64,000 nt of DNA from Anaeramoeba ignava BMAN (taxonomy: Eukaryota; Protista; Anaeramoebae): NCBI GenBank assembly GCA_028826165.1, contig JAPDFW010000075.1, positions 355,632 to 419,631 on the forward strand, given 5' to 3'. The notes under the pieces are model-generated. The model ran no database searches. It worked only from the letters and a program-made list of their open reading frames with translations, and had not been told where the DNA came from. This document shows positions 41,401-54,100 of this stretch, one piece after another. Position numbers and translations under genes: made by a program. The stretch's first letter is position 1. Each line of letters starts with the position of its first letter.

Positions 41401-41801
41401 AATATGTGATGACTATTGATATCAATAGTATTTTTGAAAAGGAAAATTCTCCTCAAAAAATTCGTAGTCAAGTTCAGATGGTTCGTTTATGTTCTGATGG
41501 AAGAATTTTGATATTTTCAACAAATCCTTCAAAATTATCAATTTTTTCAATCAATGGGAAATTACTTTCTTATTTTGATCTTGAATGGGATATTAATTCT
41601 TGGTCTTTAACTCCAAATGATGAATTTTTGGTTGTTGGAACAAATGAAAAATTTATAGCTATTTTTAAAGTTATTAATTTAGAGCATTTGCATACTTATA
41701 GTGTAGATTATTCTATTAAATCAATTACTGTTGCTAATGATTTGAGACATATTGTTATTGGTTCTTCAACGGGAGATTTGATTGTATTCCCAATTATTTA
41801 A
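29435..41801 (+). CDS. BEACH-domain protein (neurobeachin/LRBA/Lvs-like): ConA-like, PH-BEACH, WD40
   Basis: GWGFYTWIHLE...[80 protein letters not shown]; WD40 repeats. About seven introns, and an apparent frameshift near 38180. Confidence 0.92.
29640..30360. repeat. Intronic 12-bp satellite (ataaaattattt)n
   Basis: First intron of the BEACH gene. Confidence 0.9.
31975..32580. repeat. Intronic 12-bp satellite (ataaaattattt)n, second array
   Basis: Inside intron 31961-32603; same unit as 29640-30360. Confidence 0.9.
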
Positions 41802-41804
41802 AAT

Positions 41805-44575
41805 TCAAAATTCAAAATTCAAAATTTGAAATTCAAAATGAAATTCAAAATTTAAAAAGAAATTTAAAATGAAATTCAAAATTTAAAATGGAATTCAAAA
41901 TTTAAAATGAAATTCAAAATGAAATTTAAAATGAAATTTATAATGAAATTCAAAATGAAATTTAAAATGGAATTTATAATGAAATTTATAATGAAATTTA
42001 ATACCAATTTAATATCAATTTAATCAATAAATTTAATATCAATTTAATATCAATTTAATTAATAAATTTAATATAAATTTAATATCAATTTAATTAATAA
42101 ATTTAATATCAATTTAATATCAATTTAATTAATAAATTTAATCAATAAATTTAATATCAATTTAATATCAATTTAATATTAATTTAATATCAATTTAATA
42201 TAAATTTAATATCAATTTAATATAAATTTAATATCAATTTAATTAATAAATTTAATATCAATTTAATCAATAAATTTAATATCAATTTAATATAAATTTA
42301 ATATCAATTTAATATAAATTTAATATCAATTTAATTAATAAATTTAATATCAATTTAATATAAATTTAATATCAATTTAATATCAATTTAAAATGAAATT
42401 CAAAATGAAATTCAAAATTTAAAATGGAATTCAAAATGAAATTCAAAATCAATTTAATATCAATTTAAAATGAAATTTAAAATGAATTTAATCAATAAAT
42501 TTAATATCAATAAATTTAATATCAATTTAATCAATAAATTTAATATCAATTTAATTAATAAATTTAATATCAATTTAATCAATAAATTTAATATCAATTT
42601 AATATCAATTTAATCAATAAATTTAATCTATCAATTTAATTAATAAATTTAATCAATAAATTTAATATCAATTTAATCAATAAATTTAATATAAATTTAA
42701 TCAATAAATTTAATATCAATTTAATCAATAAATTTAATATAAATTTAATCAATAAATTTAATATCAATTTAATCAATAAATTTAATATCAATTTAATATA
42801 AATTTAATATCAATTTAATTAATAAATTTAATATCAATTTAATCAATAAATTTAATATCAATTTAATATCAATTTAATATCAATTTAATATCAATTTAAA
42901 ATGAAATTCAAAATGAAATTCAAAAATTTAAAAATGGAATTCAAAAATGAAATTCAAAAATCAATTTAATATCAATTTAAAATGAAATTTAAAATGAATT
43001 TAATCAATAAATTTAATATCAATAAATTTAATATCAATTTAATCAATAAATTTAATATCAATTTAATTAATAAATTTAATATCAATTTAATCAATAAATT
43101 TAATATCAATTTAATATCAATTTAATCAATAAATTTAATCTATCAATTTAATTAATAAATTTAATCAATAAATTTAATATCAATTTAATCAATAAATTTA
43201 ATATAAATTTAATCAATAAATTTAATATCAATTTAATCAATAAATTTAATATAAATTTAATCAATAAATTTAATATCAATTTAATCAATAAATTTAATAT
43301 CAATTTAATATCAATTTAATCAATAAATTTAATATAAATTTAATATCAATTTAATTAATAAATTTAATATCAATTTAATCAATAAATTTAATATCAATTT
43401 AATATCAATTTAATCAATAAATTTAATCTATCAATTTAATCTATAAATTTAATATCAATTTAATCAATAAATTTAATATCAATTTAATCAATAAATTTAA
43501 TATAAATTTAATCAATAAATTTAATATCAATTTAATCAATAAATTTAATATAAATTTAATCAATAAATTTAATATCAATTTAATATCAATTTAATATCAA
43601 TTTAATATCAATTTAATCAATAAATTTAATATAAATTTAATATCAATTTAATTAATAAATTTAATATCAATTTAATCAATAAATTTAATATCAATTTAAT
43701 ATCAATTTAATCAATAAATTTAATCTATCAATTTAATCTATAAATTTAATATCAATTTAATCAATAAATTTAATATCAATTTAATCAATAAATTTAATAT
43801 AAATTTAATATCAATTTAATCTATAAATTTAATATCAATTTAATCAATAAATTTAATATCAATTTAATATCAATTTAATCAATAAATTTAATATCAATTT
43901 AATTAATAAATTTAATATCAATTTAATATAAATTTAATATCAATTTAATATCAATTTAATATCAATTTAATCTATAAATTTAATATCAATTTAATATCAA
44001 TTTAATATCAATTTAATATCAATTTAATATCAATTTAATATCAATTTAATATCAATTTAATATCAATTTAATCAATAAATTTAATATCAATTTTAATATC
44101 AATTTAATATCAATTTAATATCAATTTAATATCAATTTAATATCAATTTAATATCAATTTAATTAATAAATTTAATATAAATTTAATCAATTTAATATCA
44201 ATTTAATTAATAAATTTAATATCAATTTAATTAATAAATTTAATATCAATTTAATTAATAAATTTAATCAATAAATTTAATATCAATTTAATCAATAAAT
44301 TTAATATCAATTTAATTAATAAATTTAATATCAATTTAATTAATAAATTTAATATCAATTTAATTAATAAATTTAATTAATAAATTTAATATCAATTTAA
44401 TCAATAAATTTAATATCAATTTAATATCAATTTAATATCAATTTAATATCAATTTAATATCAATTTAATTAATAAATTTAATATCAATTTAATTAATAAA
44501 TTTAATATCAATTTAATTAATAAATTTAATATCAATTTAATTAATAAATTTAATATCAATTTAATCAATAAATCA
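41805..44575. repeat. Intergenic 11/15-bp satellite (aatttaatatc; aatttaatcaata) with a higher-order duplication of about 500 bp
   Basis: The interrupting block aaaatgaaattcaaaatgaaattcaaaa...aatctatcaatt recurs at about 42390 and about 42898. Confidence 0.9.
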
Positions 44576-45107
44576 AATCCAAATCAAATCTAAATTGAAA
44601 CTAAATTGAAAATGGGAAAACAAAAAGAAGAAAATTTTTGTTATTTTTCTTTAAATTTTTCTTTATTTTTTTATTTTTAAATTAATTAAAAAAAATGATC
44701 AAAAAAAAAATTGTTGGTTTTTTATTTTTGTTTTAGTTTTTGTTTTAATTTTAGTTTTAGTTTCATTTCTAAAATTATAATCTAAATTAAAATATTAAAT
44801 AAAAAATTTTTGGATCATCCAAACAAAAACAAAAACAAAAAGAGAAAAGAAAAAGAAAAGAAAAAGAAAAGAAAATCTCTTTTTATTTTAAATGGGGGAG
44901 TTTCGATCAAATCCCAAAAACAAAAATAAAAAGCAAAAATAAAAAACAAAAATAAAAAAGAAAAAAGAAAAAAGAAAAAAAGAAAAAAAGGGATATAAAA
45001 GAAAAAATAAAAATTTCACTTTTCTATTTAATCTTTTTTTAATTTTTTCTAATTTATTTTAAAAATAATCCAAAAAAAAAATAAAATAAAAAAATTTGTT
45101 TTTGAAA

Positions 45108-48026
45108 ATGATTGGATTAAAAAGAAAATTAATAATTTGTTTTTTAATAATCAATTATCAAATTCTTTTAAGTTTTTCAATAAAAGAAAATGAAGAAATT
45201 TATTGGAAAGAAAAAGAGACATTATTTTCAATTAATGGGTCAAGTTGGGATAATTTTGGATCAGAAGTTTTTGTTTCAGAAAACTTCACATTTATAGGAT
45301 CCAAAGTAAGCATTAATGAAAGTAACCAAGAACCAGGAGTTTATATTTATTATCAAAACGGAACAAATTGGATTGAATCAAGTATTTTGAATCCAAATGA
45401 AAATCAATTACAATCACACTTTGGATCAAGTATTTCTTCATATCAAGACTATTTAGTAATAGGAGCATATAATCAACAAGTCGGGCAAACAAGAGGTCAA
45501 GGACAAGTATATGTTTTCCAAAATATTGATATGAATTGGATCCAAAAGCAAATTTTGATTGCAAATGATGGGAATTTATTAGAGAAATTTGGATATTCTG
45601 TTTCCATCTATCAGGATTTTATTGCTATTGGAGCTCCAAGTGATAAAGTTGGTGATAATTCATCTCAAGGAAAAGTTTATATCTTCCAAAATAACGGAAC
45701 AAATTGGATCCAAAAGCAAATTTTAATTGCAAATGATGGTCAAGAATATGACAATTTTGGATGGAGTTTATCAATTTCTCAAAATTATATCGTAATTGGA
45801 GCTCCAAGTGCTAAAGTTGGCGATAACTCCTTTCAAGGAAAAGCTTATATCTTCCAAAATAACGGAACAAATTGGATCCAAAAACAAATTTTGATTGCAA
45901 GTGATGGTCAATTTAGTGATTACTTTGGAGGAAGTTTATCAATTTCTCAAAATTATATCGTAATTGGTGCTGTAGATGCTAAAGTTGGAGACAATTTTGA
46001 TCAAGGAAAAGCTTATATCTTCCGGAATAACGGAACAGATTGGATCCAAAAACAAATTTTGATTGCAAGTGATGGAAAAACAAATGAACATTTTGGATGG
46101 AGTGTTTTTATCAAAAATGATCAATTAATAATTGGAGCACATTTTGCAGAAGTAGACGGGAAATCAGGACAAGGAAAGGCATATATGTTTTCATTAAATC
46201 AAGAATATTGGGAAGAAACAATAAAATTAATATCAGAAGATGGGAAAGAAGGAGATAGTTTTGGAAACAGTGTTGGAATTTCAGAAAATTATGTAATTGT
46301 TGGCGCTTATCAAGCAAGTATTGGAGACAATTTAAAGCAAGGCAAAGCATATATTTTTGATAAAATCATAAATCCTCTCATTCCACAAACGATACTTGAG
46401 AATTGCTCTTCCCAATTTGAAGGTTTTGAATGCTATTGGAATCAATCTTCAAGTGAATATGATCTTTTCTTTCAAATCAATTATGATTCTCAAAATTGGA
46501 ACAATATTTTATTGCCTAAACAAAATGGAAATGTGATTTGGGGAGAATTTAATTCAACAAATTATGCAGATATTGAGGGAAATTCTGAATATTCAATCCA
46601 AATTCGAGGATGTATTTCAAACTCAAAATTTTGTGGAAATTCTTCGAATCCAATAAATTTAACAACAAGAATAGGACCAATTCAAGAACTTGTGGTAATT
46701 CCAACTAATGAAACAATAAATATGGAATGGCAATATCCAAATGTACCAATAATCAATTCTGTTCCAAAAATTTCCAATTATATTCTTTCTTACTTTCAAA
46801 AAGATGAAATGAATTCTTCTCAAATTATCCTTTCAAATACAACTAATTCTTATACACTTCAAAACTTGCAATCAATCTCAAATTATTCCATATCAATTTT
46901 TGCCTGTAGAACAAATGAATGTAAAGATGAAGATGAAGGAGAAAAAACTGCAAATTGGATCACAACTCTATTCAATGCTGTTTCCAATTTGGAGTGTTCT
47001 ATTTCAAATGCAACTGAAATTTCTTGTATTTGGGAAGAACCACAAGAAATATCACAATCTCATCCAAGTTATTATAATTTCAGTTTTAGATCTGAAGAGA
47101 CCAACGAATCAGGAACTTTTATCATTTCGCAAAATCAATATCAAATCAAACTGATGGAAACAAATACAAAATATTCAATTTTTGTTTCTGCTTGTGATTC
47201 AGATTCAAAATGCGGAATAACTTCTTCAATTTCAATTATGACAAAAATAGAAGCACCAGAAATTATCAATTTCACACCTCAAGTTGAGGGAATTTTAATC
47301 AATTTTACAAAAGTGGAAAAAGCTGAATGTTTCCAAATTTCAATTGATAATGGTTCCAATTGGGAAAGGTTTAATACTCTATATCTAGAAAATGAAAACT
47401 ACGTGATAGGAAGTAAATCAAATATATCAGGAAATATTTTATACAATATTTCAATTCAAGGATGTCCTGATTCTGAATGTAAATGTGAAAATCCAGGTGA
47501 AAAAAGTGTTGAAATCGAAACAAAAGTAAAATTGGGAAACGTTCAAAATTTAAAATGTGAACCTTTTGATCTTCAATTTAGTTGTGATTGGGAGAAATTA
47601 CAAAGAGATCAAGGATTAGAAGGATATTGTGTTTCTTTCCAAAATGATTCAGAATATCAATTCTTGTCAAAAGAAAATCTTTCTTTTAAACCAAATCAAA
47701 ACTTACCTGAAAATACTGAATATATTTTTAAAATTTATGCTTCAGCTTCTGATTCAAAAAATCAATGTTTTCATGATCAATTTTCTGGTAAAGATTCATT
47801 TACTCTTGTAAAAACAAAATCTGATTCTCAACAAAATAATGATTTAAGTCATTCAATTATAATTACTACTTCTATTGTTGTTCCTTTTGCTGTTGTTTTA
47901 ATTGTTTCAATATTTTTGATAGTTTTTTTTATCAAAAAAAGAAAAACAAAAAGAAAACAAAAAGAAAAAATTGATATTGAATTAGAAAATTATGATAATT
48001 TGATGAAAGAAGATGTAATGAATTAA
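45108..48026 (+). CDS. Type I membrane protein: signal peptide, 7 FG-GAP repeats (beta-propeller), about 5 FN3-like domains, TM, short tail
   Basis: Repeats FG(W/Y)S(L/V)SIxxxxIVIGAP...QGKAYIF; FN3 signatures YTLQNLQSISNYSISIFA and LPENTEYIFKIYA; TM IIITTSIVVPFAVVLIVSIFLIVFFI followed by KKRK. Confidence 0.88.
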   Translation: MIGLKRKLIICFLIINYQILLSFSIKENEEIYWKEKETLFSINGSSWDNFGSEVFVSENFTFIGSKVSINESNQEPGVYIYYQNGTNWIESSILNPNENQLQSHFGSSISSYQDYLVIGAYNQQVGQTRGQGQVYVFQNIDMNWIQKQILIANDGNLLEKFGYSVSIYQDFIAIGAPSDKVGDNSSQGKVYIFQNNGTNWIQKQILIANDGQEYDNFGWSLSISQNYIVIGAPSAKVGDNSFQGKAYIFQNNGTNWIQKQILIASDGQFSDYFGGSLSISQNYIVIGAVDAKVGDNFDQGKAYIFRNNGTDWIQKQILIASDGKTNEHFGWSVFIKNDQLIIGAHFAEVDGKSGQGKAYMFSLNQEYWEETIKLISEDGKEGDSFGNSVGISENYVIVGAYQASIGDNLKQGKAYIFDKIINPLIPQTILENCSSQFEGFECYWNQSSSEYDLFFQINYDSQNWNNILLPKQNGNVIWGEFNSTNYADIEGNSEYSIQIRGCISNSKFCGNSSNPINLTTRIGPIQELVVIPTNETINMEWQYPNVPIINSVPKISNYILSYFQKDEMNSSQIILSNTTNSYTLQNLQSISNYSISIFACRTNECKDEDEGEKTANWITTLFNAVSNLECSISNATEISCIWEEPQEISQSHPSYYNFSFRSEETNESGTFIISQNQYQIKLMETNTKYSIFVSACDSDSKCGITSSISIMTKIEAPEIINFTPQVEGILINFTKVEKAECFQISIDNGSNWERFNTLYLENENYVIGSKSNISGNILYNISIQGCPDSECKCENPGEKSVEIETKVKLGNVQNLKCEPFDLQFSCDWEKLQRDQGLEGYCVSFQNDSEYQFLSKENLSFKPNQNLPENTEYIFKIYASASDSKNQCFHDQFSGKDSFTLVKTKSDSQQNNDLSHSIIITTSIVVPFAVVLIVSIFLIVFFIKKRKTKRKQKEKIDIELENYDNLMKEDVMN

Positions 48027-48187
48027 TTTTGTTGAAAAAGAAAAAAAAACTGGAATTTATTTTCTTTTGAAAAATGAAAAAATTAAAAAGAAAAAAAACC
48101 AATTCCACTTTCTAATTTTGTTTTTAAATTTCTTTCTAATTTTGCTTTTTTAATTTTGTTTTTAAATTTCTTTCTAATTTTGCTTTT

Positions 48188-51100
48188 TTAATTTTGTTTT
48201 TGATTTAAGATGATGTTTTTTTCAAGAATTCTTTTTTGTTTAAATTCTTTAATTTTTGTATCAAATATTGATTTTGGATCAATTTGATAATAATCTTTTG
48301 CTTCAATTAATTCTCCAATCAATTTATCAGTAATTTCAAGATCTTTTTCAAATTCATCAAAATAAAAATAATAAATCAATGCTTTCAAAGTTTGATAAGA
48401 AAATTTACTATAATCATTAACTTGACAAGAATCATCTTTAACAGAAATAAACATTCCTTTAAATAATCCACTTCTTGCTGCCAAAACAAATTTATGAACT
48501 TTGATTTCTTGATCATCTTTAATAATTGAAAAATCACTTGTTTTCTCATTTTCATAAATTTTTCTTAAATCATTTCTTAAACCTGGTCTTCCAAATTTCT
48601 TTTTATAGTCATTAATTCCAATTTTTTGTGAAATTTCCTTAAAATTTTTCCTTTCTTCTTTTGTAGTTCCAAATGATAAATAAAGACATTTTAAATATTG
48701 TTTAACATTTTCTTCTGAATAACTTGCAAAAACATCAAGTGCTTTTTCCATATTTTCTTCTCCAATTCTTGATTGAAGAAATGTTTTGTTTATTCTAATA
48801 TAAGATCCTTCATTTGTTGTTATTATATAATCAAATAATTCAGGAATTTCCATTAATTCTAAAAAATTATTATGATAAACTCGATATTTTTTAATCCATT
48901 TCTTAATTGGCTGATATAAATTCTTTGTTTCAATCATAATATTTGCTCCATAATTAATTAATAAACCTATCTTCTCTTTATATTCATCACGAACATAATA
49001 AATTGGTGTTTGTTCCTAAAATTTTTTTTTATTTGAGATTAATTTCAAAACTATTTATAAAATATAAAATAAAAATAAATCATACATCCTTTTTCTATTT
49101 ATAAAAATAAAAATAAAAATAAAAATAAATTTTAATTTTAATTTTAATTTTAATTTTTTTCAACAAACTATTTAATTTTCATAAAGAAAGTTAAAATTAA
49201 TTTTAATTTTAATTTTAAATTTGTTTTGTTTTGATTTTTTTGATAATAATAAAATTATTTTACCATAAATCTTTTGATTTGGATTTGCTCCATTAATTAA
49301 AAGTAATTCAAGAATTTCTGCAGTTGAATAAGAAACAACATTGTGCATTAATGAATTATACTAAATATTAAATAAATATTATTTTTACTTTTAAAGGAAT
49401 TTTCTATATTCAATTATTTTTTTTTTACTGATGACTAAATATTTAATTTAGATTTAATTTAGATTTAATTTGTAGATTTAATTTAGATTTAATTTAGATT
49501 TAATTTAGATTTAATTTAGATTTAATTTAGATTTAATTTAGATTTAATTTATATTTAATTTGAATTTAGATTTAATTTGAATTTAAAACTATTACATTTT
49601 GAAATGAAACATTTGCTCCTTTTTTAATTAAAAATTCAATAGTATCTTTATTAATTCTTTTATAATAAATGCATTCACTTAAAACTGAATATGTCTATAA
49701 TTTTATAAAATAAAATAAATTAAATTAAATTTCTTGTTTCTCAAATATAATTAATTGATAAATTTACAGTGTTTTCATATTCAAATTCTAATTTTGCACC
49801 ATTTTCTAATAATAAATTAATAATTTCAATATTATTTCTTTCACAAGCAGCTACTAATGGATTTTTTCTCTATAATATAATTTTAAATCCAAATTAAATC
49901 CAAATTAAATTTATTTTAAATATTTTTTGTTACTCCCTAATATTTTTTAAATCAATTTTTATATTTTGTTTTCAATATTTTTTAATTTATTATTTTTTTT
50001 TACAAATGCTAAATTAACATCAGCTCCTTCTTGAATAAATAATTTCACAATATCAATAGGATTATCATCAATATACTGAATTGCTTGAGTAAGTAATGTA
50101 CTTCCCTTTTAAAAAAATTCAAAAAAATTTAAAAAAATTGAATATTTTCTTTTCTAAAATAATTTTATATAAAATTATTGTTTTCCTTTTTTGTTTACAT
50201 CATGTTGATTATTCAAAGGAAATCCTTTAGATAATAATAATTTATATGTTCTAATATCGCTATGTCGTACATTAATTAATTTGAATATTGGATTATAATG
50301 CCCCTAATAGATAATAAAAATATTATTCAAGATTATTAAATATTATTTTTAATTCTTTCTTTTTTTATAAGATACAGTTAATGTTGTATCAATTAAAACA
50401 TTAGAATCAATAAGAAATTTAATTTTTTCATATGTTGGAGTTTGACATGCTCTAATTAAAATAATTGGATATTTTTGAGCTTCATTATCATCATCCTAAA
50501 AAAAAAAGAGAAGAAAGAAATTACTTTCTTATTAATTATTAATATTTAAATTAAATTAAATTCAATTCAAACACTATAACCCCATCTATCAACATACTAT
50601 TTTTATTTTTATTTTTATTTTTATTTTTATTTTTATTTTTATTTTTATTTTTATTTTTATTTTTATTTTTATTTTTATTTTTAATTTTATTGTTTACTTT
50701 CGCATTTAAATCACCACCTGCTTCAATAAATAATTTTATAGTTTCAATAGAAACCTTTTCATTTATTAAAGCTTTTTCAAAACCAGAGTAATCATACTAA
50801 ATAAAAATAATAATTTTTTAATTAAATCAAAAAAAGAAATATTATTATTTACATATCTATTATTAACATCACAACCTGCTTCAATTAATAATTTAATTAA
50901 ATCATTATTTTCAGGACATTGTTCAATTGCAACATAAATAGGAGATGGAGATGACTAAATTAAATATATATAAATATAAATTTGAATTAATAAAAATTCA
51001 ATTTTATCCCTTTTTTCTTATAAATAAAATCAAACATATTCTTTTGGATTCAATTCTAAATTAAAGCTCAACAATTTCTTAATAACTGATATATTTTGTC

Positions 51101-54100
51101 CTGCTCTAATTGCTTGGCTTATTATTCCTCTATAAAACTAAATTTTGAAAAAAGAAAATGGAAATAATTTTTTAAATTATTATTATCATTTTTTTAAATT
51201 AAATTAAATTAATTTATGAAACACTAACATAATAACCTTTATTGAGTAATTTGATATCAATATTAGCATCAACAAATAATTGAATAATTTCAGGTGTTGT
51301 ATTTTTATTAGATATAACTGTTGAAAATGGTTTTATCCACTATTTTAATTTCCAAAATAAATAAATTAAATTAAATTAATTTAAATTAATTTAATTTTAC
51401 ATACTTTTTTTGTTTTAAAATCAATTAATAAAATAAAATAATTTAAATTTAATTTAATTTAATTAAATTTTACATACTTTTTTGTTTAAAGAATTTTATT
51501 TTATTTTATTAAATAATTAAATAATTTTTTTTATTGATATTTCTTACAGATTTTTGTTCACTTTCTTGATATTCTTTTGTTTTCATACATTCGTTAATTG
51601 ATCTTTTTATAAGTTCTATATCACTGTTTTTCATTAATATGTAAATAAGTGGTGAATTATTCTTTTTATTTATTTATTTATTATTTAATTAGTTTATAAT
51701 TATAATAATAAAAAAATAAAAAATACTTGCTAAATTTTTAATAAAATAAACAAAATATAAATCAATATTATTAATAAAATCATTTCTTAAATTTACACTC
51801 TAATAATTTATTTATAAATATAAAATATAAATATAAATTTAAATTTATTTTTACTTACATCAGTTATACTTATATTTGCTCCATTTTCTATAAAAAGATT
51901 AAAAATTTCTAAATCTAAAGGTTGAAGACATAAATAATGAAAAGGTGTTCGTTTCTTAAAGAGAAATATATTAAATATAAATATAATTATTTTTACTTCA
52001 AGATTTAAATTTTAATTTTACTGGCTTTAAAATATAAAATTTAAAAGAAATATAAATTAAAAGAAATTAAATTAAATTAAATTAAATCTTTTTTACTTTC
52101 TAATTTTTCATTTCAAATATTATTTTTTTTCATTAAATTCTTTCTAAAATTATCTTTTTTTTTGTGATAATATTAATATATTATTTACATCTCGTAAATT
52201 TAAATCAGCTCCTAATTTAATTAATTTTTTAATTCTTTCAATATTTCTTGAATTTTGTAATTCAACATGAAGAATTGTTCGACCCTTAAAAAATTAAAAA
52301 TTAAAAATTAAAAAATAAAAATCTGATTTGCTTTCTTTAAAATTAATTTACAATAACCTATTTTTTTAAAAATATATAATAAATATAATAAATATAATAA
52401 ATATAAAAAAATTTATAAATAAATAATAATTACATCTTGTTGATTAATATCAAATCCTTTATCTAATAATTCATCAATTAATGGATCATTTGGATGATTA
52501 TCAAATAATAAATGAAGAATATTTTCATTCTATAAATTTATAAAAATTAAATTCTTGTTTTGTTTTGTTTTGTTTTGTTTTGTAATTTTTTACTGCCTAA
52601 TAACAAAAACAAAATCAATTTTAATTTTTTAAAAAAGAAGTTTTATTTGTTTTTAAATATTTACATTCTAATTTAATTAAAAAGTTTTAATCATTTTAAA
52701 AATGAAAAAAAATGAAAAATGAAAATTTTACATTTGAAATTTTTATATCATCAATTCCCTTATTAAATAATAAATCAAGAAGTTTTTTATATTCCTCATG
52801 TTTGCAAGCTAAAAGAACTGGAAAATCACCAAACTAAATTGATATTATTTAGATTTAATATTTTGATATAAATTTATTATAAATAAAATTACTTTCTATT
52901 ATTTAATTTTTTTGTTATAAATTTAAAAGAAATTAAGAAAAAGAAATAAAAAAGAAATTATTATATACATCTTCTGCATTAATATCCATTCCTTTTTCAA
53001 TTAATTTCTCAATAATTTCAATTGAACAACCTGAAAAAATTGCAAAAGTTAAATAACTCCTCTTTTAAATTAAATTAACAAATTTTAAAATATAAATATA
53101 AATATAAAATTAAAATTCTATTTTCTTTATACTTTATTATTGTATTCTAAATCAGTTTGAAATTGAAGAATCATTTCAACACGTTCTAATGAATTGTTTC
53201 TTATTGCTAATGATAAGTAATCTTCTTCCTATTAAAAATTTAATATTATTTCCAAAAAATTTAAATAAAAATAAAAATAAAAATTATTATTTACCATCTA
53301 GATAATTAATAAATAAATAAATAAATATTAAATAAATATAAAGGTATATCTTGTTTTTTTTTACTTCCTATATTAACATTTATTAATAAATTCAAATTTT
53401 ATTTTATTATTAATAATATTATTACATTTTTTTAATATCAAAGTTTTTTTCACTTTTGAAAGTAAAAAGTTTAATAATTTCATCTGAAACGTTTTTAATT
53501 AAAAGCTAAATGTAAAGGTGTGTTTTTCTTTTTAAAAGGAAATAAAATAATTAAATTAAATTTAATTAAAATAAATTTTAATTTTAAAAATACATCCTTT
53601 TTTTTTTAAAAACAAAATATTAATAAATATTAATAAATAAGAAATGAATTAAAATGATATTTTAAATGAAAAATTATTTACTTTCTAAAAAATAAATAAT
53701 AAATTGTTTTGTTACTAAAATTTAATCTAAAAAAATTAGAAAAAAATATACATCAAGTAAATCTAAATTTGCACCAGATTCAATTAATAATTTAATAATT
53801 TCAATATTTGGCTTACTTTTATCTAATTCAATATGTAAAACTGTTTCTTTCTTTAAATTATAAAATGTAATATAATATAAACATAATATAAATTTTTAAA
53901 TTTATTTTTCATATTTTTTATCATATTAAATTAATAATAATAATAATAATTACTTGCTAAATTTAAATTTTAAAATAAAAAAACAATTTCCTTTTTCTTT
54001 TATTTATTATAATTACTTGCTAAATATTTAATTATTAATATTTAATTATTAATATTTAATATTTAAAATATTTTTTACATTTTGAGCATTTATATCAATT

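Noticed and set aside
49389-49403. Possible 15-nt exon tag|AAAATTCCTTTAAAA|gta
   Set aside because: It would leave 25- and 28-nt introns, far below the roughly 55-nt minimum seen here, and the register is already satisfied by the SS exon.
50525-50527. Possible 3-nt exon aag|AAA|gtaa
   Set aside because: Flanking introns would be 45 and 29 nt; probably a chance match. It shows that false positives exist at a low rate.
52141-52143. tag|AAA|gaatt as a decayed microexon
   Set aside because: There is no GT donor and the spacing is too tight; it cannot be distinguished from background.
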